Shown: one piece after another, positions 1 to 12,070 of the stretch
Layout: each line of letters begins with the position of its first letter
Position numbering within the stretch: position 1 is the first letter of the stretch
Source: Ginglymostoma cirratum
Taxonomy: Eukaryota
Length of the DNA: 64,000 nt
Assembly (NCBI GenBank): GCA_024137785.1
Contig: JAHRHZ010000021.1
Location: forward strand, 24,388,895-24,452,894
Direction of reading: 5' to 3'
Made by a program: the position numbers and the translations under genes
Notes under the pieces: generated by a model
Databases searched by the model: none
What the model was told of the DNA's origin: nothing
What the model saw: only the letters and a program-made list of their open reading frames with translations

Positions 1-180
1 CCTCCACCTATCCTCTCCTCTATCCATCCTCTATCCGCCTCCCCCTCTCTCCCTATTTATTTCAGAACCCTCTTCCCCTCCCCCATTTCTGATGAAGGGT
101 TTAGGCCCGAAACGTCAAGTTTTCCTGCTCCTATGATGCTGCTTGACCTGCTGTGTTCATCCAGCCCCATGCTTGTTATC
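1..180 (+). mobile_element. 3' end/pLTR of a Penelope-like (Neptune-type) repeat carrying a hammerhead motif
   Basis: Pyrimidine-rich tract, then CTGATGAAGGGTTTAGGCCCGAAACGTC and a tail shared with 12910-13004 and 14168-14276. Confidence 0.7.
85..120 (+). ncRNA. Minimal type I hammerhead ribozyme motif
   Basis: ATTT-CTGATGA-A-GGGT ttag GCCC-GAAAC-GTC-AAGT: intact core, 4-bp stem II, stem I ATTT/AAGT (one G-U pair), palindromic ACGT stem III, GUC cleavage triplet. Confidence 0.7.
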
Positions 181-184
181 ATGA

Positions 185-476
185 AAAATTATGAATTTGA
201 ATTCAACAAGAACTGCAATTAAAAGCTAACATACCGTGCTACCACATATTATTGTCATAAATATCCATCTGAGTCACTAATGCCCTTTATGAAAGGAAAT
301 CTGCCACAATTACTTGGTCTGGCCTACATGTGACTACAGACCCACAGCAATGTGGTTGACTTTTTACTTCCCTCTGAAATGGTCTAACAAGCACTCAATT
401 CAAAAACAATTAATGATGGGTAATAAATGATGCCCCAGCTAGCAATGACACATACCATGAATAAATTTTAAAAAAG
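185..476 (+). mobile_element. tRNA-derived SINE (5'-truncated) with CR1-type LINE tail
   Basis: Body (ggtctggcctacatgtgact.cagacccacagcaatgtggttgac) and tail (gggtaataaatg...ccatgaataaatt) shared with 13891-14343, 26600-26935 and 56593-56910. Confidence 0.75.
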
Positions 477-599
477 CCTGATGCATACATGCTGGAACCA
501 GCATAGTACAGATAGTGTTGGTGGATTCTTTCAACCTTTGTACCATTTTTCACAGTGTCTCCAACAAGCCTGTGTGCTGCTCCTGTAACTGTTTATCCA

Positions 600-1010
600 T
601 TTTGAAGAAGTTGTGAATGGCTGTCACCATGTGGTCCTCTCCTCTCTGGAGTAGTATGGGTGCCTGGTTTCCAGCGGTCTCCTATATGCTAGATGGCAGC
701 CTGCAGCATTTCTTCCTAACATGCTTTCTGTGTTGCCTTACCTGCCTCACTCACAATCACACCTTCTTTTCCTGACTGCTGACCTCATCAGCAGGTTCTA
801 TCCAAGTGGTGTTTTGGCTTCCAATACAAAGAATCTAGGTAACTTTCCCCCTCATTGATGCATTGCAGGATCTGTAGTTCAGCCTTCAGTTCATAAATTC
901 TGAACTTTAACTTCTTGAACTTCAAACATTTAACGCAGACATGTTTGTCTTTGATCACAATGGTAATCAGGAACATCCAATGCTGCAGCCTTGACACATC
1001 ACCTATCATG
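600..1010 (-). mobile_element. CR1 LINE ORF1 remnant (Zn-knuckle/leucine-zipper N-terminus)
   Basis: Translation HVCVKCLKFKKLKFRIYELKAELQILQCINEGESYLDSL resembles the vertebrate CR1 ORF1p N-terminus. Confidence 0.6.
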
Positions 1011-1262
1011 AGTTTTAGTTATATTATTTACTTACAAATGTTGCGATTAATATGTTTATTAACTTTACAACCGATTTGTATACTATGTTAAAATTAAAGA
1101 ACACAAGAAACATTGACTGTTTACCAGAGACTCATAAACCAGCTCACTCCTTCTGTATTTGAGGACCAACCAATTCCAAATCAACTGCAATGAATCTAGC
1201 TTGATGTCAGCATCTACTTCATGCACTCCCCTAAGAGATGCTGATTATCTGTCTTGCAATTT

Positions 1263-1481
1263 AGAATCACAGAATCCCTAAAGTGTGGAAACAGGCTATT
1301 TGGCCCAACAAGTCCACACCGCTCCTCTGAAGACATCCCAGCCAAACACATTCCCCTAACCCTGCACTTCCCATGTCTAACACACCTAACCTAAACATCC
1401 CTGGGAACTATGGGCAATTTAACATGGCCAATCCACCTAATCCTGCACATCGTTGGATTGTGGGAGGAAACCGGAGCACCC
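1263..1481 (-). mobile_element. HE1-type (V-SINE) 3' half
   Basis: Reverse complement of the V-domain and tail of the full copy at 9771-10135. Confidence 0.85.
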
Positions 1482-1709
1482 TTCATTTGTTCCACTAAGT
1501 GATGTTGAGTGGCTGTCTCGGGATACTCAATTCTTCCATTCCTCTAGTTGATGCTGACTTTCCATCAGGGTCCTTTTCTCATCTGCTTCTCTTGGAGCAA
1601 ATTTTTTGAAAATTCACCGGGCACCACTTTCCCAGACATTTTTTACAATCAACACTTTTAATCTTCTAGTACCAGAATGGAAATGTTTTCGTCTCCCTTA
1701 TAAATCATT

Positions 1710-3450
1710 CTACAGAATCATAGACTGTTACAGTACAGAAGAGGCCATTTGGCCTGTCATATCTATACTGGTTCCCAAAACAGCAACCCAGCTAGTCACA
1801 TTCGCCAGCCCTATCTCTGTAGCCCTCTCAATGTGTGACTTCCCAATATTTATTTAGTTCCCTTTGGAAACCCCCTACACAGCCTGCCTCCACCACTCTC
1901 CCAGGCAGTGCATTCAAAATCTTAACAATTCTCTGAGTAAAGAAGCTTTTCCTCATCCCATTCCTAGCTATCTTGCTGATTATCCTAAAGTTGTGACCCC
2001 TAGTTACTGACATACCAACTAGTGGAAACAGAATATCCTTCTTCATCCTGTCAAAATTGTTTATAATTTTGAACACCTCAGTAAGGTCACATGCTAATCT
2101 TCTCTGCTCCAAGGAGAAAAAGCCCTGTTTAGAACACAAAACCTAGAACAGTACAGCATAGGAACAGGCCCTTTGGCCCATCATGTCTGTGGTGACCAGG
2201 ATGTCATTCTAAATAAATTCATCTGCCTGCACTTGGTCCTTATCCTTCTATTTCCTACCTATTTATGCGTCTGTCTAAATGTGTCTTAAATGTTGCTATC
2301 GTATTTGCTTGTACCACCTCTCCACCCCAGCAGCACATTCCAGACACATACCACCCTCTATGGAAAAAACTTACCTTGCACATCTCCTTGAAACTTGAGC
2401 CCTCTCACCTTAAAACAATGTCCCCTGTTATTTGACATTTCCATCCTGGCAAAAAGACTCCAACTATCCACTGTATCCATGCCTCTCATAATTTTATGTG
2501 CTTCTATCAAGTCGCCTCTCAGCCTCCAACACTCAAGCAAAAAGAATGCCTCTCATAATTGTATCTCATAAGAATCCAAGTTTATCAAACTTTTCCTCAT
2601 AGCTAATACACGCCAATCCAGGTAATATCCCGGTAAATTTCTCTAATCTTTCCTTGTATCTAAAATCTCTCATTCCTGGTATCATTCTAGTAAATCTCTC
2701 TTGCACTCTCTTCAGGGCTTTAACATTCTTGCTTAAATAAGGTGCCCAGAACTGAATACAATATCCAAATATGATCGGACTAATGATTTTGTAGAGATGC
2801 AGCATCACTTCCTTTGCTTTAATACTCTATGCCTTTATTTATAAAGCTAAGGATCCTATAAGCCTTCTTAACAACTGTTTCACCTTGCTGGCTACTTTTA
2901 GAGATTTATGCCCCAGAATCCCAAGATCCGTCTGCTTGTGTACTCCCCTCAAAGTTGTACCATTAAGCCTGTATTGTTTATCCATGTTTCTTGTAGTAAA
3001 GTGCATTACCTCACATTTCTCTGCATTGGAATTCATCTCCCAGCTGTCTGCCCATTTGGCCAACTTGTAAATGTCTCTCTGAAGTCAGTCAGTGTCATCC
3101 TGACAATTCACTATTCCCTGTAGCTTAGTATCAACTGCAAACTTAGAGATTTTGCTCTCAACAACCATCTCCAAATCAGAAATCAGAAAAAGCAAGAGTC
3201 CCAGCACTGATCCCTGGGGAACCTGCTTTCAACTTATTCTCCAGTCTGAGAACAGCCCATCTATACTTACCCTCTGTTTCCTATCTTTTAGCCACCATAT
3301 AATCCACGCTGCCAAGGACTCATCAATCCCTAACATTTATAATTTGCTAAACAACTTCTCATATGGCACTGTATCAAATGCTTTCTCAAAGTTCAAATAA
3401 ACAACATCTACAGCACCACACTCATCCACTTCCTGTATCACCTCAAAGAA
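1710..3450 (-). mobile_element. CR1 (HER1-like) LINE 3' fragment, interrupted by a second CR1 3' fragment at about 2131-2640
   Basis: Broken ORFs with CR1 RT C-terminal motifs (KWAD.W.M..NAEKCEVMHF; YCIQFWAPY; LEQRRL..DL.EVFKI; FFTQRIV..NALP); the host sequence resumes in register after 2640. Confidence 0.9.
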
Positions 3451-4119
3451 CTTGTAAATTAAAGCAAGCAAGTGACTTAAATGATAACTTTGACAAATTT
3501 CATACTAAATAAAAGAGAAATAATTATATCTCATATGATTCAGGTGATGTAAATGTGATTTATTTTCACAGTACCATCCCAAGTATAAAAGAATCACAAT
3601 TAAATGGAAAAATGGTGTAAATGTATTATATAAATATACAGTAATAAATATCCTAGTAGTCTGCCACTAAAATAACCTTGTAAAACATGTCTGTGAATCA
3701 GATAACATTGAAAGTTTCATTGATTAAATCAGAACTGTGATACCATCCTGTAGGTTATGTGATTGCATGTGCTGTTGTTCTTGCTGTCAAATTGCAGGCC
3801 AAAGACAATTACCATTGAATCAGTACAAATACACTATATTGTATATTATGAAATATCAAATAGATGTGAATAAACTACAAAGTTCTGGTGACAGTTTACA
3901 ATTAAAATCATCTATGTTATGCTTCATGAGTTTATAGTTCTTACCAGAATTCCTTGAGTGAGTCAATTATTCGTAAATGCTCTTCCAGATAATATGCCTA
4001 AAATAATATTTTAAAGTCATATTGCAACCCCAGGATGCAGATGCTACATGGGTGTCAATGTTTTATTATGCACTGAATAGGTTTTTCAATATCTCATCCC
4101 AGTGGTTAAGTTATGAGAA

Positions 4120-4515
4120 GAGATAAATATAACCTGTTTTCTAAAGAATTTAGAAGGTTAAGGATGATCTGACTGAAGTCTTCAAGATATTAACGGGAAA
4201 AGACAAAGTAGACAAAGATAAACTATTTCCACAAGTTTGAGATTGTAGAACTAGGGGGCACAGTCTGGGAATTAGGGCCAGACCATTCAAGAGAGATTTT
4301 GGAGGCACTTCTATATACAAAGGGTCATGTTTGGAGCTCTCTTCTGGAAATGGCAATGGATGCAGGATTAGTTATTAATTTTAAATCCAAGATTGATAAT
4401 CTTTTGTTCAGCAAAGGCATCAAGGGATATAGGCCAAAGGCAGGAATATGGAGTTAGGTCACAGATCAGCCATGCTCTCACTGAAGAGTGGCTGAATGGC
4501 CTACTCCTGTTCCTT
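4120..4515 (+). mobile_element. CR1 LINE 3' end
   Basis: agaaggttaaggatgatctgactgaagtcttcaag (RRL..DL.EVFK) and terminal gaatggcctactcctgttcct. Confidence 0.8.
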
Positions 4516-6671
4516 TGTCAGAGATGTGGGATTTGGATTATATAGATAATCTGGGGACCTGATGTTGTATATTATAAACAAAAGGTTATAATTATGCTCA
4601 TCCCTTAAATTAAAGTAACTACATCATGTCATAGATACCCCACATTCCAAAAGGGACTGGAGGTTGGTGTGCAAGGAGGCAGTTTTACTGTTCCTGCATC
4701 TATAAGACAGTCTTACAAAAGCACAGATATTTGACTTTTCTTCCTCAAGGTGCCTTGCAGTCGTTGTTTCAGTTTCCACGTTTCTTAGAATTAAGCAATA
4801 AACTAAGCTTTGTGCAAGATTGCAGATTATTTCCTTAACAAAAAGAGCTCATGAAATTGAAAGTAATTCCCATTCTTTGATCACTTTTGAACAAGTTATG
4901 GCATTGAGACAGAAAGTGGCAACGTTGTTCTTCAGAGTTTCAGTTAATACTTTTTTTGAAGAACGAAGACAATGCTGTTTGAGAAGTAATAGAGATTTGC
5001 TTCAAGCAATTTTTTCTGAATTATCTCCTGATTTTACCACATCCTTTTTGACATTATGAAATCAGAATTATGACCTTGCCAAATTGCCTACTGTTAAGTA
5101 ATTCCATTTTTAAAATTAATTTGATTAGAATTAATCCTAGTACATATGCATTTGAAGTTTTTGCAGTATATAGATTATTTTAGCTCAGTTTGTGATTACA
5201 GCATTTTCATTTTAATTTAATCAGGATATTTTTTCTGCAAATTAGTAGGAAAGTGAATACTTTCCAATGACACTTAGCTACTTGTTTTCTGAAATGAACA
5301 TTGTTTTGTTTCCACAAGGTCTAAACATTCATCAGGTTCTTTGATACTCTCCTTTAGTATTATACTCATACTCCAAATGGACACTAGATTTGCATTTTAA
5401 TCTGCAAAAAGTAACATATATTTTACCTGTCATAATATAGAATTGCTGAATGCTATAAAAACTACTTGTTAAGCTATCCTGCATGCGAGATTTCAGGAAG
5501 TAAGTATTAGAAGCTCGATTGGGTCCAGAAGATTCACACAAATTTGTCTCTTCTTGCCTGGCATCAATCCACGCAGCTTCCAGCATAATGTGGGCCTTCA
5601 TCCAGTAAGGGTAAATTACTGATGGTGATGAGAGGAGGCCCTCTTATTGGCCTCAATAGGGCCAAAGACGGGGTAGACCGTCTGTCGCCTCCCCCATACC
5701 CCACATAACATTTCATCCGGGTTGGGTGAAACAAGTAGGTCTTCCGCTGGATTTAACACACCTTCATTCCTGCCAGCAAGGAAGATTAAAATCCAGCTAA
5801 TTAACTCTGCTTTCTCTTCAGAAATTCTGCCTGATCTGTTGAGAGTAGTTCCAAAATTTTCTATTCACATTCCAGATTGCCAAAATTCAGTGTTTTGCTT
5901 TAGTTTTACAATCAACAGAAAAACTGTGTACCTAGAAAAGTAAAAATTTTCCCCAAAGTCTGCCTGACAGATTGATGCAGTTAATTATACTTAACTTCAT
6001 TTTGACACACGGCAGATACCAAACAAAGAAATTAAAAAAAATTGCAGTCTATTTATCTCGACCCCCGTTATCTGGTTCCCAATGCAACGCAGGAGTTTCA
6101 AATTTATTATAGAAAGGCAGGCACTTCAGATAAAGCGACGAATATTTTAACATTTCTCCTATCTCGTCATCAACCAACCAGCTTCCAAGTCACGGTATTT
6201 TGTCAAGCACGGTCTGGGTGACTCCTGTGCTGTTCTTACGATGATAGCAGTTATACAGATCAGTTACATCTCACTGTAAAATGGCTACAGAAGCATTTTG
6301 ATACAGTCCGACGTCCAGATTTTCGTTTGGAATATGTGAACGTTCAAGGACAGTGAAACTTTCGTGCCCGTAAGGCTTTGTTTATAAATTTCCTACACTA
6401 ACCATGCAATGTTACGAGAAATGGGTCCATCTCAAAATTACCAGGCAAACATGAGACTTCTGCACCTGGAGGTATTCAAATGAAAAATCATCAGCAAGAA
6501 CAGCGGTGTTCCGAACGGTCCTTCACAGTGCACTGTCCTCAGCCTTCAGAAGAGTTACCTTCATGTGTCATTTAGTTTCGCCTCTCCAATAATAAGTTGC
6601 TGGTTTGGTAGAGCCTCTGTGTGGCTATTTCATTGTGAGGGGGGATCAGTTTGATGTTCAGCTCGGAATCT

Positions 6672-7075
6672 CTGAGTTTGGTTTGTGCAGTCTCTCTTTC
6701 TCTCCATTGGTTGTACAGCCTCTCTCTATTGGTTTGGTTTATGCAATCTCTCTTTTTCTCTATTGGTTTGGTTTGTGCAATCTCTTTCTATCTATAGATT
6801 TGGTTTGGTTTGTGCAATCTCTCTCTGCTTTGATTTGTACACTCTCTGTCTCCTGGTTTAGTTTGTGCTGTTTCTCTCTCTCTAGGTTTGATTTATGCAA
6901 TCTCTCTTTCTCTCTATTGGTTTGGTTTGTGCAGTCTCCTTCTATCTATAGATTTGATTTGGTTTGTGCAGTCTCTCTCTCCAGTTTGGTTTGTGCTTTT
7001 TTTTATAGGTTTGATTTATGCAGACTGTCTTTCTCTCTCTCGATAGGTTTCGTTTCTGTAGTTTCTCTATCGGTT
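6672..7075. repeat. Imperfect ~25-35 bp minisatellite (GGTTTGGTTTGTGCAATCTCTCTTTCTCTCTATT-like) upstream of the ATG
   Basis: About a dozen degenerate units; higher-order duplication 6731-6826 vs 6885-6980. Confidence 0.9.
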
Positions 7076-7140
7076 GCTGTGAATGGGCTCTGGTTTTTCT
7101 TTGCTGGTGGTCACTGCCCCCTGTCTGGTTGCTGGCGCTG

Positions 7141-7162
7141 TGTCTGTCTGTCTGTCTGTCTG
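7141..7162. repeat. (TGTC)n microsatellite in the putative 5' UTR
   Basis: tgtctgtctgtctgtctgtctg. Confidence 0.85.
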
Positions 7163-7203
7163 TATTCCCCCCGTCCCTCCCTCCCACCCCCTCACAAGGC
7201 AAA

Positions 7204-7278
7204 ATGGCGACTGAGAGCGAGTTGAGGCCGGACAGCGGCGACCCCTCGTCTGAGGAACGAGTCCCCACTGTCTGCCAG
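7204..7278 (+). CDS. CTTNBP2: CTTNBP2 first coding exon (MATESELRPDSGDPSSEERVPTVCQ)
   Basis: ATG in good Kozak context (aaaATGG), CpG-rich surroundings, donor CAG|GTAAAG at 7278/7279, phase 0; MAT... start and ~25 aa length match CTTNBP2 exon 1; joins in frame to exon 2. Confidence 0.85.
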
Positions 7279-8184
7279 GTAAAGTCCAGTGAGCAACCCG
7301 TACCGCGGAGTCAGTTTTATCAACGGGGATGTGTATTAAATAAATGAAGAAAAGCCCGCTCCTTTGTGAGAGGCTGAGTCTGGAATGTAGCCGCATAAAC
7401 TCAGTGGATACAATGTATCCGTTCCCTGTGGAAGTTGATGCGGGAAGCGGCCACACGCTAAGAGGGGTTCAGCCTGGAAAATGTAACCGTGTAGTGCTTC
7501 TACCTCTTAATAGATTCCGTTCTCGTCGCTTTTCTTTTTCATGACGTGTTTGAAAACACGATTTTGATTTGGGTTTTAGATTCGATATACGTTTGGCGTT
7601 TTGCTCACACCGCTGCCGAGATTCTCCTTTGCTGTCTTTATAGTGGAACGTACTACATTCCGAAATTGAAATTCGATTGAAGGCATTTTTTTTGTTTGAA
7701 AACGAAAACCCACCCACACACCAAGGTTTTTGCTGGCCCGCAGCACTTTGCCCTGAACAAAACCCCGAGGGTTGCTTTCCTGCAGCTGAAATCTGAGCCC
7801 GTGTCTATATCATTTATCTTATTCAGTTCAATAAGGCAAAACTCGATTGTATCGAAGATATTATTTGTCCAAACTATATTTCCTTTCATATTGTATCGCA
7901 ATTGCGGTTTAATTGTGATTGATGAGAACATTCGGCTACCTTAAATCGTAAGAGCTGTAGGAAAATCGACTAGCCACCTTAGGGAATTGAGGGGTTTTTT
8001 GCATTATCGTGTTTCATGCAGTACATAGAACAGTTGCACATTGTTTACGGTCTTTTGATTTTTATTTCAGTTAAACATTGTCAGAGGCGTAAATTATGTT
8101 TAATGTTGTCATTCAGATCATGCTTAATTCATTGGCGTGAATCCTTATCCACTTAAATTGGAAGTAAATTTGTTACTGTTACAG

Positions 8185-8292
8185 AAGTCTGAATTTGACC
8201 TGGAGAGTCTGAGTAAAACCGAGCTGCTGACTTTCCTAAGTATCCTTGAAGGAGAATTGGAAGCCAGAGATCTGGTGATAGAAACGTTAAGG
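8185..8292 (+). CDS. CTTNBP2: CTTNBP2 coding exon 2 ([36 protein letters not shown]), CortBP2 coiled-coil domain
   Basis: Acceptor ttacag| at 8184, donor AGG|GTAAGT at 8292/8293; 108 nt; signature LSK.EL...[16 protein letters not shown] of CTTNBP2/CTTNBP2NL. Confidence 0.95.
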
Positions 8293-9770
8293 GTAAGTGA
8301 TAGACTTTTATTTCTTAACTGTTTCTATTTCTCCCTCCATTTATAGGACGGTGCAAATGTGTGATACACACATTTCGCACAGGCTTTCATTTAAAGAAAG
8401 AACCAGATGCTGTTGGAATTTTCCAGCTAGGAGTATTCAACTTGGCAAACAATAATTGGATAGGTATTAGCAATTTCAAAGACATCCTCTCTTACACTTG
8501 CACTGTAAATGAATGCTGTCATCATTAGAGTTTGCAGCATTTCTGCTTTGCTGTACAGTTGATGTCAGGCTTAAATACTTTCCGAACGATTTGCCATTAA
8601 GCTGCCCTCCTACGACATAGAAGTGCTGCACTGATGGGAACGAAGGAAAGCTCAAGGCTGTGGGTGGAAATGAATTATTTAAATTATTAGAACCAGTTGA
8701 CAAAAGCTGTTAAAACTGATGGTACTTTTGGTTTCATAAGTAGGGAAACAGTGTAAAACTGGAATTGAAATGATGAGCCATTGGTTGGATAGCTATTAGA
8801 ACGTTATTTCTGTTTTTGGAACCTAAATAAGGAAGAATGTCAAGATTATGGAATGGATTCAAAAGGGATTTATTGAAGTGATACCATGTTGTGGGAAATT
8901 TGTTACGAGAAGACAGTCACAGATTGTGATTTTCTTTTTTAATAGTATATCAGTGAAGGTTAAGAGGCAATTTACTGGTGTTCCAAAGTGGGTTTAGGTA
9001 TTTGTGTTTAAAAAAGATCCAGATGGGGACACTGAAGGTTTAGTGCATAACTTTAAGATGTGCACCAAAATGTAAATGATGGTTAGGTGATTTTCTTATG
9101 CTTGTGAAGGAACTCCAGTATGTTATGCTTTCTAGTGGGATGCTTTGTATTTTTTTTAAAAAAAACTTTTGTAAGCATAATAATTTTAGTTTATGTTATA
9201 CAATGGAAGTACAGCTGGTAAGAAGCCAACGTGACAATATTCGTGACCCCCATTAAGCTTAGACTCCAAATGTAAGATAAATATAGTTGTCCTATATTTT
9301 CCTGCCACTCTGTCTATACATTCAAATGCAACATTTACACTAATCTTGTCTTTTTTTAACGTGTAAATGTTAAACTGGTTATTTATGTAATAATACAATG
9401 TCCTGTCTTTAATGTTAAACAAGCTCAGATTCTGCAGCTTAAAACAGTATCAAGTATTTCCTTCTTTGCTGAAATAATTTGTAAGCATCAGATTCCAAGT
9501 GCCTCCTGTACATAAATTTTAAATGAGACTGCCTTGTTTACCTTTAAACTTTCAGTTGATCACATGTTTGCAACTTGAACTGGTATGTTAGCCACGCCTA
9601 CATGACAGTTTTAAAGGTCAATTGATAATATTTTAAACTGAGTTGTTGGCTTGTATTTCATTCTTTAGTTAATTATTATGTTAGGATTGAGGGACAGGTA
9701 TAAAGGGTGCTGTAGTTTTAATCACTTCATTTTAAAGTTAAACTTCCACTATAATTGTCCCAGTGCTGAA

Positions 9771-10135
9771 GGGTGGTACGGTGGATCAGTGGTTAGCACT
9801 GCTGCTTCACAGCTTCAAGGACCCGGGTTTGATTCCACCTTCAGGCGACTGTGTGTGGAGTTTGTACATTGTCCTTGCGTCTGCATAAATTTCCTCCGGG
9901 TGCTCTGGTTTCCTCCCACATTCCAAAGATGTGCAGGTTAGGTGGATTGGCTATGCTAAATTGCCCATAGTGTTCAGGGATGTGTAGGTCAAGTGGATGA
10001 GCCATGGGAACTGAAGGGTTATATGGATAGGGTGTGGGAGTGGGGCTGGATCTGGGTGAGATGCTGTTCGGAGGGTCATTGTGGTCTGGATGGGCCAAAT
10101 GGCCTGCTTCCACACTGTAGGGATTTTACGATTCT
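9771..10135 (+). mobile_element. Full-length HE1 SINE (V-SINE superfamily)
   Basis: tRNA head with A box (tggatcagtgg) and B box (gggtttgattcc), V-domain (cctccgggtgctctggtttcctcccaca), CR1-type tail (gggccaaatggcctg...ctgtagggatt). Confidence 0.9.
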
Positions 10136-11482
10136 ATCAAGACCATTTTTAGCATGTTTTCGTTGGTCTACAATGCTGATTCATATAATTACAGCACACC
10201 GTTGTGGGTAAAGAGACTGAATGTCTGAACTGTTGCAATTCATTTTCAAATTAAATATTTATGGTCAAAACTCTGTCTATGTGCCTATCCAGTCCACCAT
10301 GCTAACAGACATTGGATCCCTGTCCTGTTATACAAGACATTTAAAATAAAAACAAATTCTGGAAATGCTCAGCAGATCTGGTCATATCTGTGGAACGATA
10401 ACGTTAATGTGTCAGCTTGGAGATCCTTTGTCAGTAAAGTTCTGGCTTTCTTTGGTTTCCTCCTCTCCCACTCTCTCCCTTCTTTCTTCCTTTTCTGACC
10501 ACCTCTCCTCCTCTTCTCCCACCCTCTTCCCCTGCCCTGCCTTTCTCTTCCGCAGCTGTGGCAGCGCCTTTATCTGCCTTGGCCCCAATCTTAGAGATTT
10601 TCTCTCAAACATCTTGTTTTTGTGTCTTTCAGAGGTATCCTTTTCAAAAGCTTTTAGTCTTCCTCACTCTCCTTCAATGCGTCCTATCTTTTTTATTACA
10701 TTTTCTGTACAGTGCCCTGGGGCTTTATTTTTAAATCTGGTAGCTGCTGTACATACATGTTGTAAGGAATTATGTACTCTTAAAGAATGCCAAATGGTTA
10801 TGGACCATTTGGGAATTATATAGTTAGTTATGGACAAACCGCTACATGTGGAAAGGAAATGAAGGAGAGTTGATTCACCTTGTTTTCTTATACTCTCAAA
10901 CAGTACAGCTTCAAACCAGGAAACATTTTACTTTAGGATAGTGAATGTTGAATCTAACTTGGTTCAAATTTATTTTGGGTTGTTTGAAATTTGCTGTTGT
11001 TTGGACTGCGAACTGAGTTATATTGATCAAAGGCATAAATTTTCTGAGTTCCTAATTATCATAAACATATTCACAATTATGTTTATTTACAATTACAATT
11101 TAGAGTTTATTTTGTTCTTGATTGTATTTTGTTTGTTCCAAACTCTGTTTCTTCCTGATGTATACGGTATCAGCTGCTATTCTAAATAGGTTATTGCTTA
11201 TCAGTAATTCTGAATCACATTTAATGTCTGTTAGATGATTGCTCCCAGAACCATTTAAATTCAGAACATTATTAGGGTCATATGATGGTTACTTTTATTG
11301 TTTCTATTAGGGCTGTTATACAGTGCATGTAACTTGATAGTGATGGATACAATTTAAATTTTAAATAAATTGAGAAAGAAAGCACTTCTTGAAACTAGTT
11401 ATTTAAAGTACTTAAAATAAGAGATGTTGATAAGATCTCAAAAGTACCCCAAGAATCGCTCAAAGTGTATTGAGGACTATCA

Positions 11483-12070
11483 TCATTCTCTTAGGCTGTT
11501 CCTTAGAACTGAGGGTGACTTTCTGCCACGCCGGTGACCAAATGGTCTGATACTGGAGGTGCAGACGCTGGCTCAGGATAGTGTTTGCTGAAGCGGGTTG
11601 GGGAGGGCACAGGGTAGGGGAGTGCTCTGGATTATAAACACACTTTCCACTATTTGTGCTTGGCTTCTAACTGGGTCTGTCAGAGATGGCTCCCTTGCAG
11701 AGGCTTCTTTCCTGATTTGGGAAGTCTTGGTTAAGAGATTTCCACCAGTCGGTGGTGATTTGTGCAGTTTTATTCTGGGAGACATGGAAGATGTCCTTGA
11801 AGTCTTTTCTCTGCCTTCCTAGAAACTGCTTGCTTTGACAAAGCTGGGAGTAGAGGGGTTTGTTTTGGAAGTCATGTTAGGCATGATGCGGCCTGTCAAC
11901 TTCTTATCCAGCTGATTAACTGGAACTAATGCCTTAGTACTGTGGATGTTGGCATGAGAGATGATACTGATACTGAAGCACCTATCCTGGTAGTTAATTA
12001 TACATTATACTGAAGACGCACAGATATAACAGGGTGAGGCATGATTGTTGAGTGACACCATGCTGTAATA
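11483..12070 (-). mobile_element. RTE-clade LINE 3' remnant
   Basis: Starts with a (cat)n-type terminal repeat and an RTE-like 3' UTR; heavily decayed coding remnant. Confidence 0.5.

Larger units (their letters stand above)
6050..7960. promoter_or_regulatory. CpG-retaining promoter / first-exon region of CTTNBP2
   Basis: Visibly more CG dinucleotides than the CpG-depleted remainder, densest at about 7100-7800 around the ATG exon. Confidence 0.6.

Noticed and set aside
6672-7075. Repeat array as a CRISPR-like locus
   Set aside because: Degenerate low-complexity tandem units with no unique spacers, no cas genes, and a vertebrate context.
6605-7225. 206-aa hydrophobic ORF, the longest in the track
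   Set aside because: It is a translation of the TC/GT-rich minisatellite, has no ATG start and is out of frame with the CTTNBP2 exon.
8137-8184. ORF-track N-terminal extension of exon 2 as a CTTNBP2NL-like start
   Set aside because: It starts at GTG within intron sequence; a canonical acceptor lies at 8184 and an in-frame upstream ATG exon exists.
9771-9845. tRNA genes at SINE heads (also 27196, 53680-53730, 63470-63532)
   Set aside because: A/B boxes only, no intact cloverleaf; most continue into SINE bodies.
10365-10823. 152-aa ORF
   Set aside because: Low-complexity translation of a CT-rich tract and repeat remnants.
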